Below are positions 20,649 to 30,245 of a stretch of 64,000 nucleotides of DNA, piece after piece; positions within the stretch are counted from its first letter, which is position 1; every line of letters begins with the position of its first letter. The notes under the pieces are model-generated. The model saw only the letters and a list, made by a program, of their open reading frames with translations, searched no databases and was not told the DNA's origin. Source of the DNA: Promethearchaeota archaeon (GTDB taxonomy: Archaea; Asgardarchaeota; Heimdallarchaeia; Hodarchaeales; Hodarchaeaceae); the NCBI GenBank assembly GCA_048938105.1, contig JBHLMN010000015.1, positions 64,001 to 128,000 on the forward strand, in the 5' to 3' direction. The position numbers were made by a program, and so were the translations under genes.

Positions 20649-21935
20649 ATGACGCGAGGGATAGCTCAGACATTGAAGAAACATCTTGACAAACGTACAA
20701 TTATTGCGGTCGCTCTTGCTTTAGTTGCGTGGGGAACAATCTCTTTTGGGGTAGTCTATCTAAAAATACCCATTATATTATACCTCGAACTCTCAGATAA
20801 TCCATGGCAACCAGTCAACTCAGAAACATATCCTGAAACAGGAGTGGCCGCTATTGACTTTGTAGACTCTTATCATGGCTGGATAGCGGGGGAAGACGGA
20901 ATGATAATGGCCACTACAGACGGGGGTATATCATGGGAAGAACAACAATCTGGAATCAATATTAATATCAGAGCTATTGACTTCTTTAATGCTGATATTG
21001 GGGTTGCTATTAGTGAAAAGGATGACATTCTCATCACGCAAAATGGAGGCGTTTCATGGATATCGCTAGAAAAAGCTAAGTACCAAACATCTTCTGGGTG
21101 GAAAAGCACAATATTATGGGATGTGGTGACGTGTGATGAATATACAGCTTGGGTACTAGGAAATATGGGGAAATTTTTTAGGATCAATATAAAGAATCAA
21201 AGTTGGTCTTTTATCTCAGATATTTCTCATTATATTGGCCATCTAGCCATGTTAAACAACTCACATGGTTGGGCAACAGGGGGTTTTGGTACAATCGTTA
21301 AAACTACGGATGGTTGGCAATCTTATGACGTTCAGGATGCTGGAGTTTCAACAAACTTTCGTGGAATCTTTTTCTGGGACTTTTATAAAGGTTGGATTGT
21401 GGGTTTTGATAATACAATTATAGCTACAACTGATGGAGGGAAAGATTGGCATGTTCAATACACTTACCATCCATTCCTGGCAGACTTTGGTTCTGTTGCG
21501 TTACTTGACATTTATTTCATTACAGAGTCGAAGGGTTGGGCTGTTGGGAGCTATGGTATCCATTATACTAAGGACGGAGAAAAATCGTGGTATAATCTGG
21601 GAGAAGAGACATGGGGGCCTTCCAGAATTGCTTTTGCAAACGAAACACATGGATGGGCTGTAGGATATCGAAAAGACCGCAGTTATATCACCTCAGTGGG
21701 AGGTGTACCCGCAATTGATGAAAACCTGTTGAATCTTTTTGTTAGTATCTGCATCTTCATTGGAATCTTTACTCCAATTCTCATTGTGGTCGCTTTGGTT
21801 CAATTTCAAAAACACCAAGCCCAAAAGAAGGGTTCAACCAATTTCTCGGAAAGATTATGTCCCATGTGTGGTTGTCAGACCCCCTCTGAGGCTAAATTTT
21901 GCGTTAATTGTGGCGAGCCATTTCCTAATGAATAA
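20649..21935 (+). CDS. YCF48/BNR-repeat beta-propeller membrane protein with C-terminal zinc ribbon
   Basis: Repeated F---HGW-G...T-DGG-SW units, N- and C-terminal TM, CPMCG...FCVNCG. Confidence 0.85.
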   Translation: MTRGIAQTLKKHLDKRTIIAVALALVAWGTISFGVVYLKIPIILYLELSDNPWQPVNSETYPETGVAAIDFVDSYHGWIAGEDGMIMATTDGGISWEEQQSGININIRAIDFFNADIGVAISEKDDILITQNGGVSWISLEKAKYQTSSGWKSTILWDVVTCDEYTAWVLGNMGKFFRINIKNQSWSFISDISHYIGHLAMLNNSHGWATGGFGTIVKTTDGWQSYDVQDAGVSTNFRGIFFWDFYKGWIVGFDNTIIATTDGGKDWHVQYTYHPFLADFGSVALLDIYFITESKGWAVGSYGIHYTKDGEKSWYNLGEETWGPSRIAFANETHGWAVGYRKDRSYITSVGGVPAIDENLLNLFVSICIFIGIFTPILIVVALVQFQKHQAQKKGSTNFSERLCPMCGCQTPSEAKFCVNCGEPFPNE

Positions 21936-22436
21936 TCACTAGCGAGAGAAATTAGTGGTGGGCATGCAGGAAACATTGCAGCAAGAGAATATCTTCTTGA
22001 TTTTTTCAAGTCAATTGGTAATGTTAATGATGAAACTGGAGTAATTAAGTTCCAATTAGAACTTATTCCTAAAGGAGAAACTTTAGGAGGATTATTTAGT
22101 GATAAACTACATGAAAATCTTTATATCATTAGCTATTGGAGTAAGAGTACAAAAGAAATTCAGAGAATTGGTGAAATAACAAACGCTTTTGTACTTGGAA
22201 GATTTGGGGGAAATCTTACTTCTAAAGACGAATTAGTTAATTTCATTATTTCTAAACTTAACCAGGGAGAAACTACTTTAAATGGAATAAAATTAGAATC
22301 AGTTGATAAGGAAGTTATTGATAGATATGTATCATCTTTAGAACCGCTAAAAAAACTTACTCCAACAACATTTTACAAAGATTGGTTTATCGAAATTATT
22401 AGAAGATATGAGACTGATCTCAAATCTAAAATTTAG
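21936..22436 (+). pseudogene. Startless 166-codon open frame (gene fragment or read-through extension)
   Basis: Hand translation SLAREISGGHAG...ETDLKSKI* shows no stops and no ATG/GTG/TTG, in frame right after the TAA of the previous gene. Confidence 0.55.
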
Positions 22437-22620
22437 TATCAATTAACAAATATTTATAGATTGTAGACAAAAACACTGTAAATTTATCTATAGTTTAAAT
22501 AAGTGAAAACTTTTTTCATTATTAATTCACTAGAAGTTTACGAAAAGAAAAAAATTTCAAAAGACTCTAATTAGGTTTAGTATAAAGGTAAATCTAATTT
22601 TTAACGGAGACATTTCAATA

Positions 22621-24414
22621 ATGGCTAAGGAGCAGCAGGAAGAAAAGCCTATTCGGAGTCCAATTGCAGTCATTTTAGGACATGTTGATTCTGGTAAAAC
22701 TAGCTTATTAGATAAAGTTCGCGGAACAGCTGTCCAAGCACGTGAATCTGGAGGAATCACTCAACACATTGGTGCGAGTTTCTTTCCTATTGAAACTATT
22801 AATGCTCTCTGTGGCCCATTGTTGAAACAATCGAAGAAAAAAATGAAAATACCTGGAGTTCTGATTATTGACACACCTGGACATTCATCTTTTTACAATC
22901 TCAGGAGACGCGGCAGCCAAAGTGCGAACTTCGCTATTTTAGTAGTTGATGTCCGCAGAGGGATTCAACCACAAACAGTTGAATCATTACGGATTCTAGT
23001 AAAACAAAAAGTACCTTTTCTGATAGCTGCCAATAAAATCGATCGTCTCCCTGGGTGGAAAAGTTTTCCTGACCTTACCTTGATGAAATCACTTTCAAAA
23101 CAATCAAGTGGGTCATTAGAAGCTCTTCAATCAATTATTTATGAAATTATGACTGAATTGAGTCATTTCAATCTTGAACCAGATAGGTTCGATCGAATCG
23201 AAAATTTTGCGAAGAAAATTGCTATTATTCCTACTTCTGCGATAACAGGTGAGGGAATCCCTGAAATGTTCCTAGTTTTAGCCAGTCTTACAGAACAGTA
23301 CTTGAGAAAACAATTGGAATTGCATTTGGATAAAGGAAAAGGGGTAGTTCTAGAGGTAAAGAAGGAAGTAGGAATGGGTACAACACTAGATGTGATTCTT
23401 TTTGATGGGATCATTAAACAAGATTCTCAGATCGTCTTAGCTGGAACGGATGGTCCAATCTTAACATCAGTTCGCGCAATATTAGTACCCAAGGAATTGG
23501 ACGAAATTCGTGATCCGCGCAATAAATTTGATAGTGTTGATCACGCGATAGCAGCAGTTGGTGTAAAATTAGCTGCCCCCAATATAGATGAGGCTATTGC
23601 AGGATCTTCGCTTTATGTAGTAACTGAAAACGAGGTTAAAGAAGCAATAACGAAAATTAAAGAGGAATTAGCTAGCATTCTAGTTGAAACTGATAAAGCT
23701 GGAGTTGTTGTAAAAGCCGACACCCTAGGATCCCTAGAAGCATTGGTAAATTTCCTTCGGGATTCCAATATTCAAATCCGTTTTGCTGCTGTAGGTAATG
23801 TATCTAAGAAAGATGTCTATCAAGCATCATTATCCAAAGAGAAGAATGAATATTATGGTGTTATCCTAGGATTTCGAACAGCTATCCTATTGGATGCTCA
23901 AGAGGAGGCCAATAAGTTACAGATCCCCATAATCCAGAATGATATTATATATCGTTTATCAGAAGAGTACGAGTCCTATCAATATGAAGTTCAGCAACGT
24001 CTTGAAGCAGCAGCACTTAAGGATATAGTACGACCTAGCAAAATAAAAATTCTCCCTTATGTGTTTAGACAAAGTAAACCTTGTATTTTGGGAGTTGAGG
24101 TACTAGCTGGGGTTTTAACTCCTCAAAATGACTTAATCAATCGGGAGAATAAAAAAATCGGGCATCTATTACAAATTCAGGACCGTGGAAATACTATTCC
24201 GCAAGCTAAAGTAAGTGATCAAGTAGCAGTAGCCATTCGAGGACCAACTGCAGGACGTCAGATTAGGGAGGGGGATGAATTATGGGTAGATGTTCCTGAA
24301 TCTGATGCTCGGAAAATTACTGAACAAAAGATACTTTCTGGAACAGAGATGGATGCACTTACAGAAATAATTGAAATAAAAAGACGAACTGTAAACAAGT
24401 ACTGGGCTTTATAA
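22621..24414 (+). CDS. infB: Translation initiation factor aIF5B (IF-2)
   Basis: RSPI-VILGHVDSGKT, GGITQHIGA, DTPGH, TLGSLEAL. Confidence 0.97.
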   Translation: MAKEQQEEKPIRSPIAVILGHVDSGKTSLLDKVRGTAVQARESGGITQHIGASFFPIETINALCGPLLKQSKKKMKIPGVLIIDTPGHSSFYNLRRRGSQSANFAILVVDVRRGIQPQTVESLRILVKQKVPFLIAANKIDRLPGWKSFPDLTLMKSLSKQSSGSLEALQSIIYEIMTELSHFNLEPDRFDRIENFAKKIAIIPTSAITGEGIPEMFLVLASLTEQYLRKQLELHLDKGKGVVLEVKKEVGMGTTLDVILFDGIIKQDSQIVLAGTDGPILTSVRAILVPKELDEIRDPRNKFDSVDHAIAAVGVKLAAPNIDEAIAGSSLYVVTENEVKEAITKIKEELASILVETDKAGVVVKADTLGSLEALVNFLRDSNIQIRFAAVGNVSKKDVYQASLSKEKNEYYGVILGFRTAILLDAQEEANKLQIPIIQNDIIYRLSEEYESYQYEVQQRLEAAALKDIVRPSKIKILPYVFRQSKPCILGVEVLAGVLTPQNDLINRENKKIGHLLQIQDRGNTIPQAKVSDQVAVAIRGPTAGRQIREGDELWVDVPESDARKITEQKILSGTEMDALTEIIEIKRRTVNKYWAL

Positions 24415-24724
24415 TCCAATGTGGATTGATATGATTTTTTAGCTTTGAAATCTATTTAGTAAGAGGAAAATAGAAAGTACGAGATTCACTTTCAGGAGTT
24501 CGATAAGTTTCTTGTAGTTTTTCCTTTTTTAACAATAACAAGAGTCTTAACTAACATATCTCAAGATTGAAAATCACGAGACAAAATCCTCGAGAATTAT
24601 CATAACTATTAAGAATAGAAAGAGATTTGACCCGATATGACTCGTATAACCCCATGAATATCTGGATACAGATCACCACGGTTATTCTAATAGGTTATTT
24701 GATATAAAGACATGAGACGATAAA

Positions 24725-25105
24725 ATGGTTAGATTTCAACTTAATTTAGCTGATGACAAGCAGAGTTACAAAAAAGAAATCGATGATGATAGTATGACAC
24801 GTCATCTAATCGGTAAAGAGGTTGGAGATGAGCTAGATGGAAAATTCATCGGTTTTGAAGGTTACTTATTCAAAATTACAGGGGGTTCTGATCATGCTGG
24901 GTTTCCTATGGTTCCTGGTGTTGAAGGAGCGATGCCCAAGCGAATTCTTATAGGCCATAGAGGAGTAGGATATAAACCTGACAGAAAAGGAAAAAGACGG
25001 AGAAAACGTGTTCGAGGTAGATTGATTAGTGAGGATATCTACCAGATAAACATTAAAATTCTTGAACGAGATAAAAGTAGTAAAGCTATAGAAGAGTTAT
25101 TATGA
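24725..25105 (+). CDS. rps6e: 30S ribosomal protein S6e
   Basis: KITGGSD-AGFPM, RRRKRVRG. Confidence 0.95.
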   Translation: MVRFQLNLADDKQSYKKEIDDDSMTRHLIGKEVGDELDGKFIGFEGYLFKITGGSDHAGFPMVPGVEGAMPKRILIGHRGVGYKPDRKGKRRRKRVRGRLISEDIYQINIKILERDKSSKAIEELL

Positions 25106-25124
25106 ATCATATCCGAGGATTTCA

Positions 25125-26435
25125 ATGCCAGCAAAGAAGAAGAGGCGCCCAGCAAAAAAGAAGGCTCCACCCAAGAAGAAGAAAACCCCCTTAAAGTATC
25201 CCAATCAAGCGGAAATTTCAATAGGGATGATTGGGCACGTTGATCATGGAAAATCAACCCTGACAGAAGCACTAACTGGAAAATTCCCTGATACCCATAG
25301 TGAAGAAATTCGTCGAGGAATATCAATCCGGCTGGGATATGCTGAAACCGAGTTTCGTGAGTGTCCAGAATGTGAAAGTCCAGCTAAGTATACTACTTTA
25401 AAGAAATGTCCTGTTTGTGGTAATGAAACCATTCTCCTCCGACGAGTTGCTTTTGTTGACGCTCCTGGACATGAAGTATTAATGGCAACCATGTTATCTG
25501 GAGCAAGTATAATGGATGGAGCACTACTTGTCGTAGCAGCCAATGAAAGAGTCCCTATGCCTCAAACTCGCGAACACCTTGCTGCCATGGAGATTATAGG
25601 TATGGAAAAGGTGATTTTTTGCCAAAATAAAATTGAATTGGTTTCCGAGAAGGCCGCTCTTCAGAATTATAGAGATCTAAAGAAATTCATTTCAACAACT
25701 AGTACAAAGGACTCTCCTATTATTCCAATTAGTGCTATCCACCATACAAACATTGATATGTTGATACAGAACATCGAGGAGCATTTACCGACACCAAAAC
25801 GTGATGAAAGTCTCACTCCCAGAATGCTCGTAGCTCGATCTTTCGATGTAAATAAACCAGGACATTCTCCAACTAAACTACAAGGAGGAGTTGTAGGAGG
25901 AAGTATTGTTCAAGGAGAATTTTCTGTCAAAGATGAGATTGAAATTCGGCCAGGGAACCGAAAAGGTAGTAAATGGCAAGTTATTAACACGAAAATAGTA
26001 AGTTTACGATCTGGATTCGGTAAGCTAGAAACTGCACTATCAGGGGGACTTATTGGTATAGGAACAAATATAGATCCCTCGTTAACGAAAAGCGATTCAC
26101 TTGTAGGACAAATTGTCGGATACCCTGATGAGCTCCCACCAGTTTGGGATATGTTGGAATTTGATGGTCATCTACTTGAGCGTGTTGTGGGTAGCGAAGT
26201 TCAAACATTAGTTCACGCAATTGAATTAAATGAAAACCTTATGTTAAGTGTGGGTACTGCTAAAACCGTAGGAAAAGTAGTAAAAGCTAGTAAAAAGGGC
26301 ATTCAAGTGAATCTTCGTCTTCCTGTATGTACAGATTTAGGCACTCGTATCGCTATAAGTCGTCAGATTGATCGAAGATGGAGATTAATTGGGTGGGGTG
26401 TAATCAAAGGTGGGGAAGAACAACGGCAAAAGTAA
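25125..26435 (+). CDS. eif2g: Translation initiation factor aIF2 gamma
   Basis: GHVDHGKST, RGISIRLGYA, DAPGHE-LMATMLSGA, WRLIGWG; Lys-rich N-terminal extension. Confidence 0.97.
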   Translation: MPAKKKRRPAKKKAPPKKKKTPLKYPNQAEISIGMIGHVDHGKSTLTEALTGKFPDTHSEEIRRGISIRLGYAETEFRECPECESPAKYTTLKKCPVCGNETILLRRVAFVDAPGHEVLMATMLSGASIMDGALLVVAANERVPMPQTREHLAAMEIIGMEKVIFCQNKIELVSEKAALQNYRDLKKFISTTSTKDSPIIPISAIHHTNIDMLIQNIEEHLPTPKRDESLTPRMLVARSFDVNKPGHSPTKLQGGVVGGSIVQGEFSVKDEIEIRPGNRKGSKWQVINTKIVSLRSGFGKLETALSGGLIGIGTNIDPSLTKSDSLVGQIVGYPDELPPVWDMLEFDGHLLERVVGSEVQTLVHAIELNENLMLSVGTAKTVGKVVKASKKGIQVNLRLPVCTDLGTRIAISRQIDRRWRLIGWGVIKGGEEQRQK

Positions 26436-26848
26436 CACCCCCATTTTCAAGCAAACAGCAGTCATTGATATTTTTAGATACTAATTTTCTTATGGCACTA
26501 GGTCAGATTCCGAATTTCAACATATCATATGAACTAGATAGAGTTATTCCTGGAAATCGATTATTAATCGTTATAGACCCGATTTTTTCAGAACTAAAAA
26601 AGATACAATTGAAAGGAAATCCTAAAGAAAAAATGGAATCTCGCATTGCTATTGAATTTATAAATAAATATTGTCAAAAATGGCCTTCCGAATACAAACA
26701 TCGGAATATTGACTTTATCTTGTTACATTATGGGAAAGAAAGAAATGGAATAATAGCTACGAATGATCGTAAATTAAAAAGGACGGCCCGTAAAAAAGGA
26801 ATCCAAATCCTTTATATTCGAAACCAGCAATTTCTTGAATTAGAATGA
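26378..26848 (+). CDS. PIN-domain protein (Fcf1/Utp24-like)
   Basis: FLDTNFL, ATNDRKL; conserved location after aIF2 gamma; true start probably further downstream. Confidence 0.85.
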   Translation: MEINWVGCNQRWGRTTAKVTPPFSSKQQSLIFLDTNFLMALGQIPNFNISYELDRVIPGNRLLIVIDPIFSELKKIQLKGNPKEKMESRIAIEFINKYCQKWPSEYKHRNIDFILLHYGKERNGIIATNDRKLKRTARKKGIQILYIRNQQFLELE

Positions 26849-26949
26849 AACAAATTTAAATTTATCCAAAAAGGGAGGAATTTGAAATAAGGTGTGTAAA
26901 TATCACTCTAGAATTTCTTATATGACAAATGAATATTAAAAAAACCAAC

Positions 26950-27053
26950 GCCGCTGTGGCTTAGTTGGTAGAGCGACAGACTTGTAATCTGTTGGCCGTG
27001 GGTTCAAGATATAGGATCCTGATGGATTGTATATGGAATTCCCACCAGCGGCT
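26950..27053 (+). tRNA. tRNA-Thr(UGU) with 31-nt intron in the T-loop, position 59/60 (27009-27039)
   Basis: GCCGCTG/CAGCGGC acceptor, ACAGA-CTTGTAA-TCTGT; BHB with TTCA/TGGA helix and AGA/ATT bulges; removal gives 73 nt. Confidence 0.92.
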
Positions 27054-27111
27054 ATTGGAGCTACTTCGGAAAGCATACTTAAACTAAACAATAAATGTTA
27101 TGTGACAAGAA

Positions 27112-27534
27112 ATGGAATCATCACAGTTAAGTACTACTTGGAAATACCTTGCTGACGGACAATGCGCTTTTAAATCAGCTGCAACGTCTCCAAAAATGCG
27201 CTGCAATCATCTTTTTACCATTACAGGAACTTGTAGATATATAGATTGCCCTCTTGTTCAACCTGAATTCTACGCATTCCAACAACAAGAAAGCTCAGTT
27301 TATTTGATTAAAAAGGATCCTAAAGCACCCCCTGTTTCGACATGGGGTTTCACCGAGTTACCTGAAGACCGTGAGAAAGCAAGAAAAGTAGTAGAAAAAG
27401 CCATCAAAAAGCTCAATGAAAACTTAAAAGTAGCTATTTGGCGGAAGTTTGAACAACAATTCGATGCTGCAGCCATAATTAAAGCCTCTCAAGAGCTCGC
27501 AGAAGAAGAAGAGGAAGAACTAGATAAAGATTGA
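27112..27534 (+). CDS. mak16: Mak16/L28e-family ribosome biogenesis protein
   Basis: W-x7-C...C-x7-TG-C-x4-CPL...YL-K...W---L pattern matches the N-terminal domain of eukaryotic Mak16; acidic tail. Confidence 0.82.
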   Translation: MESSQLSTTWKYLADGQCAFKSAATSPKMRCNHLFTITGTCRYIDCPLVQPEFYAFQQQESSVYLIKKDPKAPPVSTWGFTELPEDREKARKVVEKAIKKLNENLKVAIWRKFEQQFDAAAIIKASQELAEEEEEELDKD

Positions 27535-27556
27535 GAAATTCCATATCATGGTTATT

Positions 27557-27631
27557 CAGCGGCGAAATGATGAAACCTGACAAGGATGAGCTGAGCAATG
27601 AAATCTTATAGTTACTCTGATTCGCACGTTG
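27557..27631 (+). ncRNA. Box C/D methylation guide sRNA (double guide)
   Basis: GCGAA/TTCGC terminal stem, C box ATGATGA (27567-73), D box CTGA (27617-20), guide TTATAGTTACT antisense to LSU rRNA helix 69. Confidence 0.85.
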
Positions 27632-27714
27632 TTTTGAGGATTAATGACCTCCCAAATATGGAGTTCACATAAAATTTCACCTACTTCCTTTAATTTCCCA
27701 AGAAAGTCTTTAAT

Positions 27715-28836
27715 ATGGTTTCTTTTACCAATAACTCTTTTTTAATAGATAAAAATGTTCTTTTAGTACGGTTTGGCGGCGAAATAGGGATTAAAAGTCG
27801 ACAAACTCGTCGCCGTATGGTAGAGCAGCTACGTAGGAATATTGAGAGCTTTTTAGATCAATATCCTACTTTTAAAGTCCTTGAATTTAGAGACCGTTTA
27901 CTCATTTATTTTGAATCGGATTTAAATCTCAATAAGGTATCACATCTCATTGTTACTTCAATTAGTGGTATTTCTTCAGTCAGTCCAGCATTTGTTATTG
28001 AAGCCACAGAAAAAGCTATCGTCTCTAAAGGATTAGATAGCGTAATTAATGTCATTCAACCTTGCAGTAGTTTTGCTGTTCGTGTTCGCAGAGAAGGGAA
28101 TCATCCTTTCTCTTCGATAGATATTGCGCGCATTTTAGGTGCAAAAATTTTATCAACAGAAATTGAAGGCATTAAAGTCGATCTTGAAACCCCTGATTAT
28201 CAAATTTTTCTTGATATTCGAGGTTCCTTAGCTTTTATTTTTACCGAAGTTATCAAAGGGATTGATGGAATTCCCTCTCAAACTCAAGGAACTGCAATTG
28301 CTCTGATTCGACCTAATTTCAACTCTATTTTGGCAGCTTGGTTAATGAAGAAGAGGGGAGTGAGAGTAATACCTGTATTTTTCAGAACAGGAAAATCATC
28401 AGAAGAGAAATTTCTAAATCATGTTCGATCTCAATTCAATGAAGATCCTATTATCGTGTCAATAAAAGGCCTATTAGTTTCCTTCAAAAATCATTCTTCT
28501 CTATGTTTCCTCTGTCAAGTATTTTGTGAGACCATGTGTCAGAAAGTAGCAAACGAACAGAAAATCTCTGTTATTATATCTCCAACATGTTTTAATTTTA
28601 ATAATGAAACAATGTCACTCGAAGCATTAGAATTCATTGAAGAACGTGTTCTTCCCTCAGTAATCAGGCCAATTCAGTTTGGATTCTTCGCCCGCCAGGG
28701 GATAAGAATGGATCAGTTAGACCAGATCCCTTGTTGTCCCTTCCGAGAAAAGGTTTCTATTGAAATCTTTAATGACTTTAATGATCTTGGTCTGGAGAAG
28801 GTTTTATCCAAACTCGAAGAATATTCAGTTAGTTGA
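27715..28836 (+). CDS. THUMP-domain ThiI-like protein with degenerate PP-loop
   Basis: VRFGGEIGIKS, SFAVRVRR, VDL-TPD, AAWLMKKRG; SGGxDS is replaced by RPNFNS. Confidence 0.8.
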   Translation: MVSFTNNSFLIDKNVLLVRFGGEIGIKSRQTRRRMVEQLRRNIESFLDQYPTFKVLEFRDRLLIYFESDLNLNKVSHLIVTSISGISSVSPAFVIEATEKAIVSKGLDSVINVIQPCSSFAVRVRREGNHPFSSIDIARILGAKILSTEIEGIKVDLETPDYQIFLDIRGSLAFIFTEVIKGIDGIPSQTQGTAIALIRPNFNSILAAWLMKKRGVRVIPVFFRTGKSSEEKFLNHVRSQFNEDPIIVSIKGLLVSFKNHSSLCFLCQVFCETMCQKVANEQKISVIISPTCFNFNNETMSLEALEFIEERVLPSVIRPIQFGFFARQGIRMDQLDQIPCCPFREKVSIEIFNDFNDLGLEKVLSKLEEYSVS

Positions 28837-29443
28837 TCTTTTTCTGTTCGATAATACCATTTGGAGATTCTTCTGAGAAAATTAAGCCTTCAAATCGTGA
28901 AATTTTTGTATTTAAATCTGTCCATGCATTATTGGGAAGACCAGCCTTCAAACAGACATAATTGAGGTATTCTTGGAGATCCCAATTTTGGTCAACGGGC
29001 ACTTGTGGCAAGAGAAGCCCTCTTTGATATGATCCTCGTTCTGCTATTAAGCCATGTTTTCCGATTTCAATTAAGTTAAAATATTCTTGAGAATTTTTAA
29101 CATTGAGTGGCTCTGGAACGGTTAAAATAGTGACTTCAATAGTGATTGATTTCATTTCATCATAAACAACTGGAGGAAAGCGTGGATCACGGACAGCGGC
29201 ATCTATTGCTGAATCAATAGTTGATTGAATTAATGTGCTATGAGGGCTTTCAATTCGTCCAATACAACCTCTCAAAGTTGGTTCCTTTCCTCTTATAACA
29301 CGATGAAGTGTTACAAAGACACCAGAGTGATCAAAAAGATTTCTTGGTGCATCATCAGGGATTTTAATTTTTCTTTTTTCTTTGAGATAAGTTTCAATAG
29401 TTCTACGGGCTAACTTGACAAGATATTCCCCAGAGTAACTCAT
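28829..29443 (-). CDS. AMMECR1-domain protein
   Basis: GVFVTL, LRGCIG, DPRFPP, GLLLPQV, CLKAG. Confidence 0.93.
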   Translation of the reverse strand: MSYSGEYLVKLARRTIETYLKEKRKIKIPDDAPRNLFDHSGVFVTLHRVIRGKEPTLRGCIGRIESPHSTLIQSTIDSAIDAAVRDPRFPPVVYDEMKSITIEVTILTVPEPLNVKNSQEYFNLIEIGKHGLIAERGSYQRGLLLPQVPVDQNWDLQEYLNYVCLKAGLPNNAWTDLNTKISRFEGLIFSEESPNGIIEQKKIN

Positions 29444-29623
29444 AATAATCCTCTCTATTGAATTAATTAATAAAATGTAATTCTATATTGAAATTTTAAC
29501 GATAAGAAGCTTCCAAAAACAAACAGACCTTACTTATTCAGAAGTATATTAATATCGTTGTGACTAGAATTAAACCACTTTTAATCTTATATCTAAGATG
29601 TGGGGGGGATGTATTCTTGATTA

Positions 29624-29683
29624 CTCTTAAAAGAAGCATAGATCTCTTAAAAAAAACATAGATCTTAATAGTTTACATAGACT
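29624..29683. repeat. Three imperfect ~20-bp tandem repeats (CTCTTAAnnnnnnCATAGAT) in a divergent intergenic region
   Basis: ctcttaaaagaagcatagat / ctcttaaaaaaaacatagat / cttaatagtttacatagact. Confidence 0.55.
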
Positions 29684-29843
29684 AACTTAATAAAGGTATT
29701 AAATGTCTCTTTCTTTCTTGAAAACATGAATAGTAGAAATAAAGCTTACTTTTGCTTTTTAAGTCAGTAAAAAGGATTATTATTAAATTGTAAGAGGAGT
29801 GGTACTAAGCTACTTTTCGGAAAGCTCGAATCATTGTAAATAA

Positions 29844-30245
29844 GTGTTGAAATTGAGTAAAGAGCGGCGGTATATCAGTCAGCGTAAGATTCGTAGAATC
29901 AAACGTACCACTGATGATTCTTCTTTTGAGCTAGAGTCTGAACCAAGCCTATCAAAACCCCAAGGTCTTACGCCCAATACAAAAATGTATTATACGAAGG
30001 TTTGTTTTGGCGTAGGTAGCGGAACAGCCACAGGGTTACTTTTTCTACTGTTAAATATATCTCCAGAATTTTGGATCTTGATTCTTATTGGGAGTTTGAT
30101 TATTTGTGTTACTTTTGTGCGGTATGTCCTTAAGATCCCATATGATCAGATTGATCAGAAAAGATTATGGTTATCTGGGACATTTACATTTGTCATTCTA
30201 TTCATCGTTTTTACTTCTTTAGTCTGGATGTTACAAGTACTTTAG
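29844..30245 (+). CDS. EMC6-like 3-TM membrane protein
   Basis: YYTK...SGTATGLL and LWLSGTFTFVILFI-F resemble the EMC6/Rab5ip pattern. Confidence 0.55.
   Translation: MLKLSKERRYISQRKIRRIKRTTDDSSFELESEPSLSKPQGLTPNTKMYYTKVCFGVGSGTATGLLFLLLNISPEFWILILIGSLIICVTFVRYVLKIPYDQIDQKRLWLSGTFTFVILFIVFTSLVWMLQVL

Noticed and set aside
29598-29612. G-run as an origin recognition box
   Set aside because: It lacks the TCCA..GAAA ORB core and there is no cdc6/orc1 nearby
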